Positions 1-8,070 of a stretch of DNA of 32,000 bases are shown piece after piece. The first letter of the stretch is position 1. Every line of letters starts with the position of its first letter. The stretch spans positions 240,001 through 272,000 of the forward strand of contig NZ_CP036280.1 of assembly GCF_007748075.1 (NCBI RefSeq), given 5' to 3'. A model generated the notes under the pieces. That model did no database searches and was not told the origin of the DNA. It worked only from the letters and a program-made list of their open reading frames with translations. The DNA is from Mucisphaera calidilacus (GTDB lineage: Bacteria; Planctomycetota; Phycisphaerae; Phycisphaerales; Phycisphaeraceae). Both the position numbers and the translations under genes were made by a program.

Positions 1-413
1 CCTTCGGAACAGGCATTGCGCTGAGCGATCTTCGTCAAGGCAGGCGAGTGGCGTTGCACGGCGAACAGGGGATACGGGGCATCGGCCGGTTGGCACACCT
101 CGGCGGCGATCAGGAGTTCCCGAGATGCACCGTGCTTCACCGCCAGTGTGATGAACGCACCGAGCACGGGCTGATAATCCGCTTCGAGCTCTGTCTCTAC
201 CAACCGCTTGAGTCGATGGCGAGCGATGAAGTTGCCGTATCGGCTCAACCAGGTGACGGCCATATAGAACAGGCGAGCGTTCTCCGCGGCCAGCTGCGCG
301 GTGTCCAGCAACAGGCGCTCGAGGTCTGGCGTGGCGCGCGCGGGGCGGGAGCCGAACAGAACACCCGCCCGTGACCAGCGTGCGATCGTATTGTCGAGGT
401 CAGCGTGGGGCAT
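1..413 (-). CDS. hypothetical protein (partial, C-terminal end lies beyond the left window edge); overlapping downstream partner of the nucleotidyltransferase-fold gene
   Basis: ATG at 413-411 followed by an uninterrupted frame to position 1 (MPHADLDNTIARWSRAGVLFGSRPARATPDLERLLLDTAQLAAENARLFYMAVTWLSRYGNF...). It is missing from the ORF track only because no stop lies in the window. Its start overlaps the upstream gene stop (402-400) by 14 nt, suggesting translational coupling. Confidence 0.5.
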   Translation of the reverse strand, partial: MPHADLDNTIARWSRAGVLFGSRPARATPDLERLLLDTAQLAAENARLFYMAVTWLSRYGNFIARHRLKRLVETELEADYQPVLGAFITLAVKHGASRELLIAAEVCQPADAPYPLFAVQRHSPALTKIAQRNACSE

Positions 414-957
414 CGCAGGGCTCCAGGTCATCGAGAATCGCGCGAGGGGCATCGTGGGTTTCACGCGTGAGCGACTCGGCATCGAGGCGGTCGAGATGCT
501 CGCGCAGGAAGGCAATGTCGCCAGCGGTTGGCCGCATGGCGATGATGTCTTCGAGATCCTGCGGCCGTACCGGCGCACCCATGAGTTTCATGGCCATCAG
601 GTCTCGGCGGCCAATGGCCAGTACCTCCAGCGACCCGAACCGGCCAACCGACTCACATCGCTTCCGCCAGCCGATCGGAAGCAGGTGGGCGTATATGCGG
701 CTGTCGCGGTTAAGCCAGTCAGCGGGCAGACCACGCCTTTCGGCGACCTGCCGCGCGGCATCGTGAACAGATTCCCAGCCCGCATCGGGTTCACTGACGA
801 TAACGTCGCAATCGTGGGTCACGCTCGTCGCCGGCAGGCCCGCAACGACCATGGCCGCCACAGCCCCGCCGAGGATGACGGTCACGCTGTTGCAGGCCGT
901 CTCTGTCAGCAGGTTGCCGGTCTGTTGCAGAGCTGCGATGGCTTGGGTTCGATCCAT
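400..957 (-). CDS. nucleotidyltransferase-fold protein (MNT / AbiEii / DUF6036-like)
   Basis: Track ORF 400-1059 trimmed to the internal ATG at 957 (MDRTQAIAALQQ...), which lies just downstream of a near-consensus promoter. ILGGAVAAMVVAGLPATSVTHDCDVIV resembles the G-G/S...D-x-D signature of Pol-beta-fold nucleotidyltransferases. The later WLN...LP.GW...DL.AMKL...R..DLEDI pattern is typical of this small NTase class. Confidence 0.6.
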   Translation of the reverse strand: MDRTQAIAALQQTGNLLTETACNSVTVILGGAVAAMVVAGLPATSVTHDCDVIVSEPDAGWESVHDAARQVAERRGLPADWLNRDSRIYAHLLPIGWRKRCESVGRFGSLEVLAIGRRDLMAMKLMGAPVRPQDLEDIIAMRPTAGDIAFLREHLDRLDAESLTRETHDAPRAILDDLEPCDAPR

Positions 958-981
958 GGCCGCCTTAATGTGTATAGTGAT

Positions 982-1010
982 ACTATATATATTGGCTCGC
1001 GACTCGTCAA
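982..1010 (-). promoter_or_regulatory. sigma70-like promoter with palindromic operator for the NTase module
   Basis: Read on the minus strand: TTGACG (1010-1005), a 17-nt spacer, then TATAGT (987-982). The perfect palindrome TATAGT-GAT-ACTATA (973-987) overlaps the -10. The start codon at 957 is preceded by AAGG. Confidence 0.55.
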
Positions 1011-1196
1011 CCTTCACTCCCGCAGCACCCCGCCCTGCAGGGCGGCGTAACGCAGGCAATTGTCGTCACTGTCAAGCCTTGTGAACGCCACGCCGACTCG
1101 TCGCCGTAGTCGGCACCGCGAGGGCCGAATTAGGAATAAGTGTCTATAAAACATACATTTGCATCCCTGATTCATCGTTTTGCCAACGTGAATGTC

Positions 1197-1221
1197 GTGA
1201 GTTCAAATCTCATCACCCGCT
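1197..1221 (+). other. tRNA 3-prime end remnant (T-arm plus 3-prime acceptor strand), putative att core
   Basis: GTGAG-TTCAAAT-CTCAT is a 5-bp T-stem with a canonical 7-nt TTCAAAT T-loop. It is followed by 7 nt (CACCCGC) and a discriminator base. No complementary 5-prime acceptor strand (GCGGGTG), D-arm or anticodon arm exists in the 80 nt upstream, so this is a fragment and not a gene. Confidence 0.5.
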
Positions 1222-1235
1222 TACTTCACAAGATC

Positions 1236-1265
1236 CCCGTTCAACGATTGTTGGGCGGGTTTTTT
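1236..1265 (+). terminator. rho-independent terminator
   Basis: 10-bp stem CCCGTTCAAC / GTTGGGCGGG (two G-T wobbles), loop GATT, followed by TTTTTT (1260-1265). It lies directly after the tRNA-like 3-prime end. Confidence 0.7.
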
Positions 1266-1418
1266 CTAGGCACACCTCAAGCGAAACCTGCATCGCGACA
1301 CTCAGCCACCGCCGGGATCGCCATCAAACAACCCGTTTCGACTCTGCTAGTCTCCAGATCCGCGGGCAAAATCGACGCTGCCCACCGTTTCCCCCGCCAC
1401 GCCGATTCGGGATAACCC

Positions 1419-2420
1419 ATGACCACCACGACGCCACAGACGCCTCGCGAGCGATTCATCGCTGGGCTCGAACGACGACCCTTCCCGGGCCTGATCCCCA
1501 CCTTCGAACTTGTCTTCTACCTCACCATGGAAGCCTTCGGACGGGTCCACCCGCTCCACCGCCACTTCGATCAGTGGATGCAGATGACGCCTCGCGAACG
1601 CGACCTCCACCGGCGCGATATGGCCGACGTCCTCATCCACACCGCCAACTACTACGGCCACGACGCCATCTTCCTCCACCCAAAACCGGAGACACTCGAC
1701 GAGACGCTCCGGCAGATCGACACGGTCCGAGCCATGACAGGCGACCGCTTCTTCCTCATCGCCCATGGCGACGCAACCCTCCCCATCCCCTCGGGAGCCG
1801 AGATGGAGTCGATGTCACTGCGGATGGCCGAGGAACCCGAAGCCGTCGAGTCCGAAGCTCAACGCAGCCTCGACCGGGCGCTGGAACGCGCCGACACACT
1901 GCGCGACCACGGCGGACTCGACGCACTCATGCTCTGCTCCGACTACTGCTTCAACTCAGGACCCTTCCTCCCGCTCCCCTGGTTCGACCGCTTCGTCACC
2001 CCCTTCCTGCACGAACTGGTCGCCGGCTACAGGCAAAAAGGCTTCTACGTCATCAAGCACACCGACGGCAACATCATGCCCATCCTCGACCGACTCGTCC
2101 CCGACAACCCCGACGCCCGGCCGCACGCACTGCACTCTCTCGACCCCCAGGGCGACGTCGACCTCGAAGAGATCGTCAGCCTCGTCGGCGATAAGGTCGC
2201 CCTCTGCGGCAACGTCAACTGCGGGCTGCTCCAGACCGGCAGCCAGGAACAGTGCGCCGCCGACGTCCAGCGATCCATCCGCCAGGGCATGAAAGCCCCG
2301 GGCTACATCTTCTGCACGAGCAACACCGTCTACACCGGCATGCCGCTCGAACGCTACGACGCGATGATGGCGATCTACCGCGAGCAGGCGATCCGGCCAG
2401 ACGATCCGGCCATGGATTAG
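1419..2420 (+). CDS. uroporphyrinogen decarboxylase (URO-D) family protein / MtaA-like
   Basis: 333-aa ORF starting at an ATG. It has the length and motifs of the URO-D fold (GHDAIFLH, ...HTDGNIMPILD..., ...HSLDPQG.VDL.E..., GNVNCGLL, YIFCTSN) and plus-strand type C/A-ending codons throughout. Confidence 0.8.
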   Translation: MTTTTPQTPRERFIAGLERRPFPGLIPTFELVFYLTMEAFGRVHPLHRHFDQWMQMTPRERDLHRRDMADVLIHTANYYGHDAIFLHPKPETLDETLRQIDTVRAMTGDRFFLIAHGDATLPIPSGAEMESMSLRMAEEPEAVESEAQRSLDRALERADTLRDHGGLDALMLCSDYCFNSGPFLPLPWFDRFVTPFLHELVAGYRQKGFYVIKHTDGNIMPILDRLVPDNPDARPHALHSLDPQGDVDLEEIVSLVGDKVALCGNVNCGLLQTGSQEQCAADVQRSIRQGMKAPGYIFCTSNTVYTGMPLERYDAMMAIYREQAIRPDDPAMD

Positions 2421-2443
2421 CCTACGCCCGACACAACGCAAAA

Positions 2444-2469
2444 AGCACGCCCCCGCGAGAGGGCGTGCT
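2444..2469. terminator. bidirectional terminator hairpin between convergent genes
   Basis: AGCACGCCC / GGGCGTGCT 9-bp stem with an 8-nt loop, flanked by AAAA on the left and TTCTCATTTC on the right. It sits between the stop of 1419-2420 (+) and the stop of 2501-2860 (-). Confidence 0.6.
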
Positions 2470-2500
2470 TTCTCATTTCAATCAAGCCGCGAGGCGTGGC

Positions 2501-2860
2501 TTACCAGCGGTCGCCGCCGCCACCGCCGCCGCCGCCGTAGCCGCCACGGCCACCACCGCCGCCGCCACGGCCGCCGCCGTAGCCGCCTCGGCCGCCACCG
2601 CCGCCATCCGGGCGGTCAGCACGAGGCTTCGCCTCGTTCACGGTCAGCGTGCGACCATCAAACTCGGTGCCGTTCAGCTTCTCAATCGCTTCACGGGCTT
2701 CTTCATCATTGTCCATGGTGACGAACGCGAAACCACGGGGGCGACCCGTTTCGCGATCGTTGATCACCGCGACTTCATTCACGGTGCCGAAGTTCGAGAA
2801 CAGGCCTTCAAGTTCCTGTTCTGTGGTGCGGAAAGGCATGTTACCAACGTAGATCTTCAT
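2501..2860 (-). CDS. RRM-domain RNA-binding protein with glycine/arginine-rich (RGG) C-terminal tail
   Basis: Track ORF trimmed to the ATG at 2860 ([10 protein letters not shown]...), with GGAG upstream. RNP2 (IYVGNM) and RNP1 (RGFAFVTM) motifs are present, followed by [31 protein letters not shown]. Confidence 0.9.
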   Translation of the reverse strand: MKIYVGNMPFRTTEQELEGLFSNFGTVNEVAVINDRETGRPRGFAFVTMDNDEEAREAIEKLNGTEFDGRTLTVNEAKPRADRPDGGGGGRGGYGGGRGGGGGGRGGYGGGGGGGGDRW

Positions 2861-3200
2861 CGAGACAAGCTCCAGGTGAGGCCGATGCAGGGAGCCCGTC
2901 CGAACGCTGGCACGAGAGAACCCGCAAGGCTGCTGATTTCGCTGAACCACGTGTCCAGCAGGGCTGACGTACCGATCGCTGTGATCACGCACGACGCCCT
3001 CAACATAAGTTACCCATTCTGTGGAAGACTTGTCAAGACGTGACAAGGAAATGTTTCGGTGTTATAGTTCATAGTGCAGATTCGGTTAGTCAATCACAGT
3101 GATTCTGACGATTTTCGGGCGTCGGATCGGGCAACGGCCCGGATCGCTGTAGCATGAAGGGTCGCGGGAACGAGCCCGCCCACATACGGAGACGTTGTTC

Positions 3201-3605
3201 ATGTCCTGGTCACTCTACAAACCCGGTCAGGGTTACTACACCCGGCTCCTCAGCGCCATCGCAGCAGGAACCCTCGTCCTCTGCGGCATCTTCTGGATCT
3301 GGGGCAAAATGCAGGCCATCTCCGCCGAGACTCGCGTCTTCTGGCAGGCCGGCATGGCGCTCACCGTCATCTTCGTCATGGGCACGGTCCTCTACTGGGT
3401 CTTCAACCGGCCCGACGTCGCCGAGTTCATGATCGCCACCGAAGCCGAAATGAAGAAGGTCAACTGGCCCAGCCAACGCGAGATCGTCGGCTCCACCATC
3501 GTCGTCATCGGCGGAACCATCATCTTCGCCTGCTTCCTCCTCGGCGCCGACGTCGTCTTCTCATGGCTCTTCCAGGAACTCGGCGTCCTCCAGACCACCT
3601 CCTGA
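3201..3605 (+). CDS. secE: preprotein translocase subunit SecE (long multi-TM form)
   Basis: ATG at 3201, 9 nt after GGAG (the track start at 3195 is a TTG). The conserved SecE C-terminal motif EMKKVNWPSQREIVGSTIVVIGG is followed by a TM segment. The gene lies immediately upstream of nusG, as in most bacteria. Confidence 0.8.
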   Translation: MSWSLYKPGQGYYTRLLSAIAAGTLVLCGIFWIWGKMQAISAETRVFWQAGMALTVIFVMGTVLYWVFNRPDVAEFMIATEAEMKKVNWPSQREIVGSTIVVIGGTIIFACFLLGADVVFSWLFQELGVLQTTS

Positions 3606-3658
3606 TCACACGAACCCCAAAGACGCGCCCGCAAACTCCGCGGGCCGGAGATCACCGC

Positions 3659-4396
3659 ATGTCGGAAGAAACGACACACACCGAAGTCAACGAAACCGAT
3701 AACGCCGATGAAACACAGGCTCAGACCGCCCAGACCGACGCGGAACAGGCCCAGCCGGCGGATACAACCGAGCAGGCCGAGTCCCAGATCCGCACCGACG
3801 ACGGCATCGCGATGGTTGGCGACGAACCCCTCGTCACCGAGGGCATGAACTGGTTTGTCCTCCGCGTCGCCTCCAACAAGGAAGACTCCGTCCGCCAGAC
3901 GCTGCTCCGCAAGATCAAGATCGAGGACTTCACACACCTCGTCAACCGCATCCTTGTGCCCACCGAAAAAGAAAAAACCATCAAGGGCGGCAAGCAACGC
4001 GTCATCGAGAAGAAACTCTATCCCGGCTACGTCTTCGTCGAGATGGCCCTCGAAGACGACGGCCGAATCCCCCAGGACGTCTTCTTCCTCATCAAAGAAA
4101 CCACAGGCGTCGGCGACTTCATCGGCACCGCCGGACGACCCTCACCCATGTCCGAACCCGAGATCGAAAAGATGCTCATGGCCTCCAAGCCCGCGGAAGA
4201 ACAGCCGCAGGTCAAGATGGAGTTCCAGAAAGGCGACCACATCCGCATCATGGACGGCCCCTTCGAAAACATGGAAGGCACCGTCGACGAAACCATGCCC
4301 GACCAGGGCAAGGTCAAGGTCATCGTCACCATCTTCGGACGATCCACACCCCTCGAACTCGAATACTGGCTCATCCAACGCGTCGAGGAAAACTGA
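3659..4396 (+). CDS. nusG: transcription termination/antitermination factor NusG with acidic N-terminal extension
   Basis: ATG at 3659 preceded by GGAG (3647-3650). NGN domain (NWFVLRVASNKE...LVPTEKE...KLYPGYVFVEM) and KOW motif (FQKGDHIRIMDGPFENMEGTV...VKVIVTIFGRSTPLELEY). The first ~60 residues are E/D/Q/T-rich. Confidence 0.9.
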   Translation: MSEETTHTEVNETDNADETQAQTAQTDAEQAQPADTTEQAESQIRTDDGIAMVGDEPLVTEGMNWFVLRVASNKEDSVRQTLLRKIKIEDFTHLVNRILVPTEKEKTIKGGKQRVIEKKLYPGYVFVEMALEDDGRIPQDVFFLIKETTGVGDFIGTAGRPSPMSEPEIEKMLMASKPAEEQPQVKMEFQKGDHIRIMDGPFENMEGTVDETMPDQGKVKVIVTIFGRSTPLELEYWLIQRVEEN

Positions 4397-4429
4397 TCCA
4401 CGACCGATATTGAACAAAGATCACATTCG

Positions 4430-4472
4430 GCAATCGCCTAAGCCTCTCATAACAGAGGGTTTAGGCGATTGC
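4430..4472. other. extended hairpin downstream of nusG (terminator-like or REP-like element)
   Basis: GCAATCGCCTAA / TTAGGCGATTGC 12-bp outer stem enclosing CCTCT-CATAAC-AGAGG. There is no T-run. It lies in a lower-GC spacer flanked by direct repeats (4404-4422 and 4538-4555). Confidence 0.5.
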
Positions 4473-4584
4473 TCTATAAATAGCTTCACTCGATGGGGTT
4501 AATGCCTGATTCTCTGTAGTGGTGAACGATGATCTTGCCGATATTGACAAAGATCGTGGGTTCTCAACCCCGCGGAGATGAGCT

Positions 4585-4938
4585 ATGAACATCATCCAGC
4601 AAGGCCTCGCCTCCTCCACGCTGCAGACCGCCCAGCAGGCGACCGAAACCGCCCGCGAACGCGACAAACGCGCCCGCGACGCCCGCAAGCCCGGACAGGC
4701 CTTCGACGACCAGCTCGATATCTCCACACGCATCCAGGACGACGCCGTCGAGATGGACGCCCCCGCCAATAGCGTGCGCGAGCAGGAAGCCGCCGCCGCC
4801 ACCAAGCCCGAAGTCCTCGACACAGCCGCTCAGCCCAACCCCGACCACCCCCACGTCGACGACAAGGTCGAAGCCATCGAGCATGAGGCCGCCGACAACC
4901 CCAGGCCCAACTACAAACACCTCGACCTCGAAGCCTGA
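4585..4938 (+). CDS. hypothetical acidic, probably disordered protein
   Basis: ATG 8 nt after GGAG (4573-4576). Plus-strand type C/A-ending codon usage is maintained over 117 codons. No recognisable domain. Confidence 0.55.
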   Translation: MNIIQQGLASSTLQTAQQATETARERDKRARDARKPGQAFDDQLDISTRIQDDAVEMDAPANSVREQEAAAATKPEVLDTAAQPNPDHPHVDDKVEAIEHEAADNPRPNYKHLDLEA

Positions 4939-4989
4939 CGCCCACACCACTGACACCGGGCCGTCACCCGATCGTCGTAAGATGATCGG

Positions 4990-6333
4990 ATGACCACCAC
5001 ACTCGTCCTACTGGGAACCCTCGCCGGCCTGCTCGCCGCCACTGCCGGCTGGCTACTCGTCGACCGCTCCGCCACCCGACGCCGACTCGCCAACGCCCAC
5101 GCCGAAACCGACACCCAACGCCAACGCGCCGACACCGCCGAAACCGCACTCCGTGAACGCGAGGTCGAGAACGCCCGACTCACCGAACAGATCACCGGCT
5201 TCGGCAAACGACTCGAAGAACAGAAACAGGCCCTCGACGAGGCCCTCGCCCGGTCACGCGAGCAGGCCCAGAACAACTTCAAGGCACTCGCCGCCGAGGT
5301 CCTCCAGGCCAACACCGACCAGTTCCTCAAACTCGCCGACCAGAAACTCAAGTCCCAGCAGCAGCAGAGCGTCTCCGACCTCGAACTCCGCAAGAAAGCC
5401 ATCGAGCAACTCGTCTCGCCCATCCGCGAAGCCCTCGACAAGCAGGCCAAGGCCGTCACCGACATCGAGAAGCAACGCGAAGGCGCCTACCACGCCCTCC
5501 GACAGCAACTGACCTCCATGTCCGAGACCCAGCAGGCCCTCCGCGACGAGACCGGCAACCTCGTCAAGGCACTCCGCCGCCCCGAGGTCCGCGGCCGCTG
5601 GGGCGAGATCCAGCTCCGACGCGTCGCCGAACTCGCCGGCATGATCGACCACTGCGACTTCGAAGAACAACCCACCTTCGACCACGAGGCAGGGGGCAAA
5701 CTCCGACCCGACATGGCCATAGCCCTCCCGGGCGGCCGACGCATCGTCGTCGACGCCAAAACACCCCTCGACGCCTACATCTCCGCCCTCGAAGCCCCCG
5801 ACGAGAACACCCGCAACGCCGAACTCGACCGCCACGCCAGCCAGATCATGGCCCAGGTCGACAACCTCAAATCCAAGTCCTATCAGGCCCTCTTCGAACG
5901 CTCCCCCGACTTCGTCGTCCTCTTCATCCCCTCCGAGGCCTTCCTCGAACCCGCCCTCCGCCGCAAACCCACCCTCATCGAGGACGCCCTCGGCAAGGGC
6001 ATCGTCATCGCCACCCCCGGCACCCTCGTCGCCCTGCTCAAAGCCGTCGCCATCGGCTGGCGCGAGGAAAAACTCGCCGAGTCCGCACGCCAGATCGCCG
6101 ACCACGGCCGGGAACTCCACAAACGCATCACCACCGCCATCGCCCACCTCGCCGACCTGGGTAAACGCATCGACGCCACCATCAACAGCTACAACAAACT
6201 CGTCGGATCCATCGACCGACAGGTCCTCCCCCAGGCTCGACGCTTCGAAGAACTCGGCGCCGAATCCGACAAAAAACTCCCCCCCGAAGGCGAACTCAGG
6301 CAGATCGAATCCGCCGTGCGCGGGGTGGATTGA
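4990..6333 (+). CDS. rmuC: DNA recombination protein RmuC
   Basis: 447 aa with an N-terminal TM helix, a long coiled-coil region and the RmuC nuclease-like core (RGRWGEIQLRRVAELAGM, RPDMAIALPGGRRIVVDAKTPLDAY, FVVLFIPSEAF). Confidence 0.9.
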   Translation: MTTTLVLLGTLAGLLAATAGWLLVDRSATRRRLANAHAETDTQRQRADTAETALREREVENARLTEQITGFGKRLEEQKQALDEALARSREQAQNNFKALAAEVLQANTDQFLKLADQKLKSQQQQSVSDLELRKKAIEQLVSPIREALDKQAKAVTDIEKQREGAYHALRQQLTSMSETQQALRDETGNLVKALRRPEVRGRWGEIQLRRVAELAGMIDHCDFEEQPTFDHEAGGKLRPDMAIALPGGRRIVVDAKTPLDAYISALEAPDENTRNAELDRHASQIMAQVDNLKSKSYQALFERSPDFVVLFIPSEAFLEPALRRKPTLIEDALGKGIVIATPGTLVALLKAVAIGWREEKLAESARQIADHGRELHKRITTAIAHLADLGKRIDATINSYNKLVGSIDRQVLPQARRFEELGAESDKKLPPEGELRQIESAVRGVD

Positions 6334-6413
6334 ACGTGGTATCTGCAGGGCACGCAAGCAGGGCTTATTGATGAAGCTGAGATGGTCAGCATGTTCATGG
6401 CATCATCGGATAT

Positions 6414-6632
6414 TCACTTCGGCTTGCAGATAGAGCAGACGCGGTAGCCAGTCCGCTTGGCGTGTTTCGAGTCTTTGAACGTGATGAGATCGCCCGCTGG
6501 AACGTTCGTCATAGAAGTGCATGTCGGACAATGATAAATCCTGTCTTCTTGATTCCTGGTAGCCAAGACGGTGGATGACGCATCGGCAATGCTTCTTGAT
6601 TCGCTAATCCACGCGCTTCGATCCACACGCAC
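6414..6632 (-). CDS. small zinc-binding protein resembling the Ada-type metal-binding domain
   Basis: IYHCPTC...ITFKDSKHAKRTGYRVCSICKPK gives four Cys as CxxC...CxxC. The (Y)H-C...F.s...A...GYR.C..C.P pattern is that of Ada-like Zn domains. GTG start at 6632, start uncertain. Lower GC and mixed codon usage. Confidence 0.45.
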   Translation of the reverse strand: MRVDRSAWISESRSIADASSTVLATRNQEDRIYHCPTCTSMTNVPAGDLITFKDSKHAKRTGYRVCSICKPK

Positions 6633-6917
6633 TGCACGTCAACTTCTCTAGGATTGACTCTGTCTCCTCTCTGGCTGGATTTCTTCCCGGCGTAGCGCGG
6701 CCGGCGCGCTTGAGAAGTTAAAAAACTGAAATCTTGTAACCACATGTTGAGCAGATGTAGTAGGGTGCTGGCATTGCGTTCTCACACCAAGTATATGATG
6801 TCAATAAATTCTAAATTGCGAAAAATGCATGCCGCGAAGGCGAACACTTCATGTTCATGCCTGTAATCCGGTTGTTCTGGATTGCAGTCTACGCGCCTTG
6901 ATGAAAATAAAATCTTT

Positions 6918-6946
6918 TTGCTTATATCGTGAAATTACGATATCAT
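6918..6946 (+). promoter_or_regulatory. sigma70-like promoter with palindromic operator of the toxin-antitoxin operon
   Basis: TTGCTT (6918-6923), a 17-nt spacer, then TATCAT (6941-6946). The perfect inverted repeat ATATCGT-GAAATT-ACGATAT (6924-6943) fills the spacer and overlaps the -10, about 30 nt upstream of the toxin start. Confidence 0.5.
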
Positions 6947-6972
6947 GAAACGTAGCGAGTGAGGGGGGACGC

Positions 6973-7353
6973 ATGCCCCGGACGAACGTCTTCTTCTATC
7001 AGGAAAACGATCATGACATACCGGTTCTCGATTGGCTGCGAGACATCGGGCGACGCGACCAGCGTGCGGTTGATGCCTGCCGGGCCGCTATCGAACAACT
7101 CCGGCACTACGGCTACGAACCGCGCAGGCCTCGCGCCGACCTGCTCCGTGACGGCATCTACGAGCTCAGGGTCCGTGTCGGACGCGTTAACTACAGGATC
7201 CTCTACTTCTTTCATGGCAGAAACATCGCGCTGCTAGCCCATGGCATGACGAAGGAGAAAACCGTTCCCAGCACCGATATCGAGCGTGCCCTGAAACGTA
7301 AATGCCGCTACGAAGCCGATCCTGCCTCCCACCGCCACCAAAGAGACGACTGA
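6973..7353 (+). CDS. higB: type II toxin, RelE/ParE superfamily, HigB / Gp49-like (DUF891-type)
   Basis: 126 aa. The pattern ...VLDWL....RD.RA...C.AAI..L...G...RRP.AD.LRDGIYELR...G..NYRILYFFHG.NIALL.HG..KE is characteristic of Gp49/HigB-like toxins. The toxin-first order followed by an XRE antitoxin matches HigBA. Confidence 0.8.
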   Translation: MPRTNVFFYQENDHDIPVLDWLRDIGRRDQRAVDACRAAIEQLRHYGYEPRRPRADLLRDGIYELRVRVGRVNYRILYFFHGRNIALLAHGMTKEKTVPSTDIERALKRKCRYEADPASHRHQRDD

Positions 7354-7355
7354 CC

Positions 7356-7688
7356 ATGATCCGAAAACGACACAAAACCTCAGATGCTGTCGAGATCCTT
7401 AATCAGGAATTTGGCAACACAGCCGAACGCCGAACAGCGATCGAGAACATCAAGGACGACATGGCCATCGGCCAGCTGATCCACGACGCCCGCACGGATG
7501 CAGGGCTCACCCAGACCCAACTCGCCGAGATAATCGGAACCACCCAGTCTGTCATCTCTGACCTTGAGGACGCCGACTACCAGGGCCACACCATGACCAT
7601 GCTCCGACGAATCGCCGAGGCCCTGGGCCTCTCCGTCGAGGTCCGATTCGTCGAAAACGACACGTCGACAAACCCACAATCAACCTAA
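7356..7688 (+). CDS. higA: XRE-family helix-turn-helix antitoxin (HigA-like)
   Basis: ATG at 7356, 2 nt after the toxin stop (7351-7353). HTH motif GLTQTQLAEIIGTTQSVISDLE. The track ORF start at 7302 is an upstream extension overlapping the toxin. Confidence 0.8.
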   Translation: MIRKRHKTSDAVEILNQEFGNTAERRTAIENIKDDMAIGQLIHDARTDAGLTQTQLAEIIGTTQSVISDLEDADYQGHTMTMLRRIAEALGLSVEVRFVENDTSTNPQST

Positions 7689-7969
7689 CCCCGCCCCCCC
7701 AGCACCTCGTCCACCTCCGGGAAGTAACGCCGGATCACCGAGCAGTCGAAACGCGACAGGATCGAAGACGCAGGCTCACGCTCCAACAAGAACGCGAACG
7801 CCGACTCCACCACCTCCGAAGGCGGCCTGCTCCCACGCGACCACAGGTCGTAGTCCGCAAACCCGAGCGTCACGTCGTAACGATGCGCACGCCCGCCCGC
7901 GTACACCGTCACCTCGTAGTGCCAGCGGTTCTCACCCTCCGTCTCGGGCCCGATCTCGATCTCAGCCAT
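7685..7969 (-). CDS. small conserved hypothetical protein
   Basis: ATG at 7969, 5 nt after AAGGAG. 94 codons with consistent minus-strand type G/T-ending codons. Its stop (7687-7685) overlaps the higA stop (7686-7688). Confidence 0.65.
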   Translation of the reverse strand: MAEIEIGPETEGENRWHYEVTVYAGGRAHRYDVTLGFADYDLWSRGSRPPSEVVESAFAFLLEREPASSILSRFDCSVIRRYFPEVDEVLGGRG

Positions 7970-8070
7970 AAACGCTCCTTCCCCACAAGCATAACGCCCC
8001 GACCGCCCCGATCCGAGGAACCTCCGGTATCCTGTAACCCGTCGTTCCCGAGTCGTAACCGAGCAGCCGC

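Noticed and set aside
48-1084. Plus-strand ORFs 48-374, 301-1050, 371-766 and 851-1084.
   Set aside because: They are antisense or off-frame to the two coupled minus-strand genes, have Arg/Ser/Ala-rich low-complexity translations, and lack ribosome-binding sites.
1080-1225. Possibility that the T-arm/acceptor element is the 3-prime end of a tmRNA or of a complete tRNA gene.
   Set aside because: No 5-prime acceptor partner (GCGGGTG or a G-U tolerant variant) occurs within tRNA distance, and none was seen in the non-coding stretch up to the upstream CDS. A one-piece tmRNA would have to overlap the CDS at 400-957. No tag-peptide-like reading frame was seen.
6509-6745. 78-aa minus-strand ORF overlapping the Ada-like small gene.
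   Set aside because: It overlaps 6414-6632 out of frame and has no motif, whereas the 6414-6632 frame carries the four-cysteine domain.
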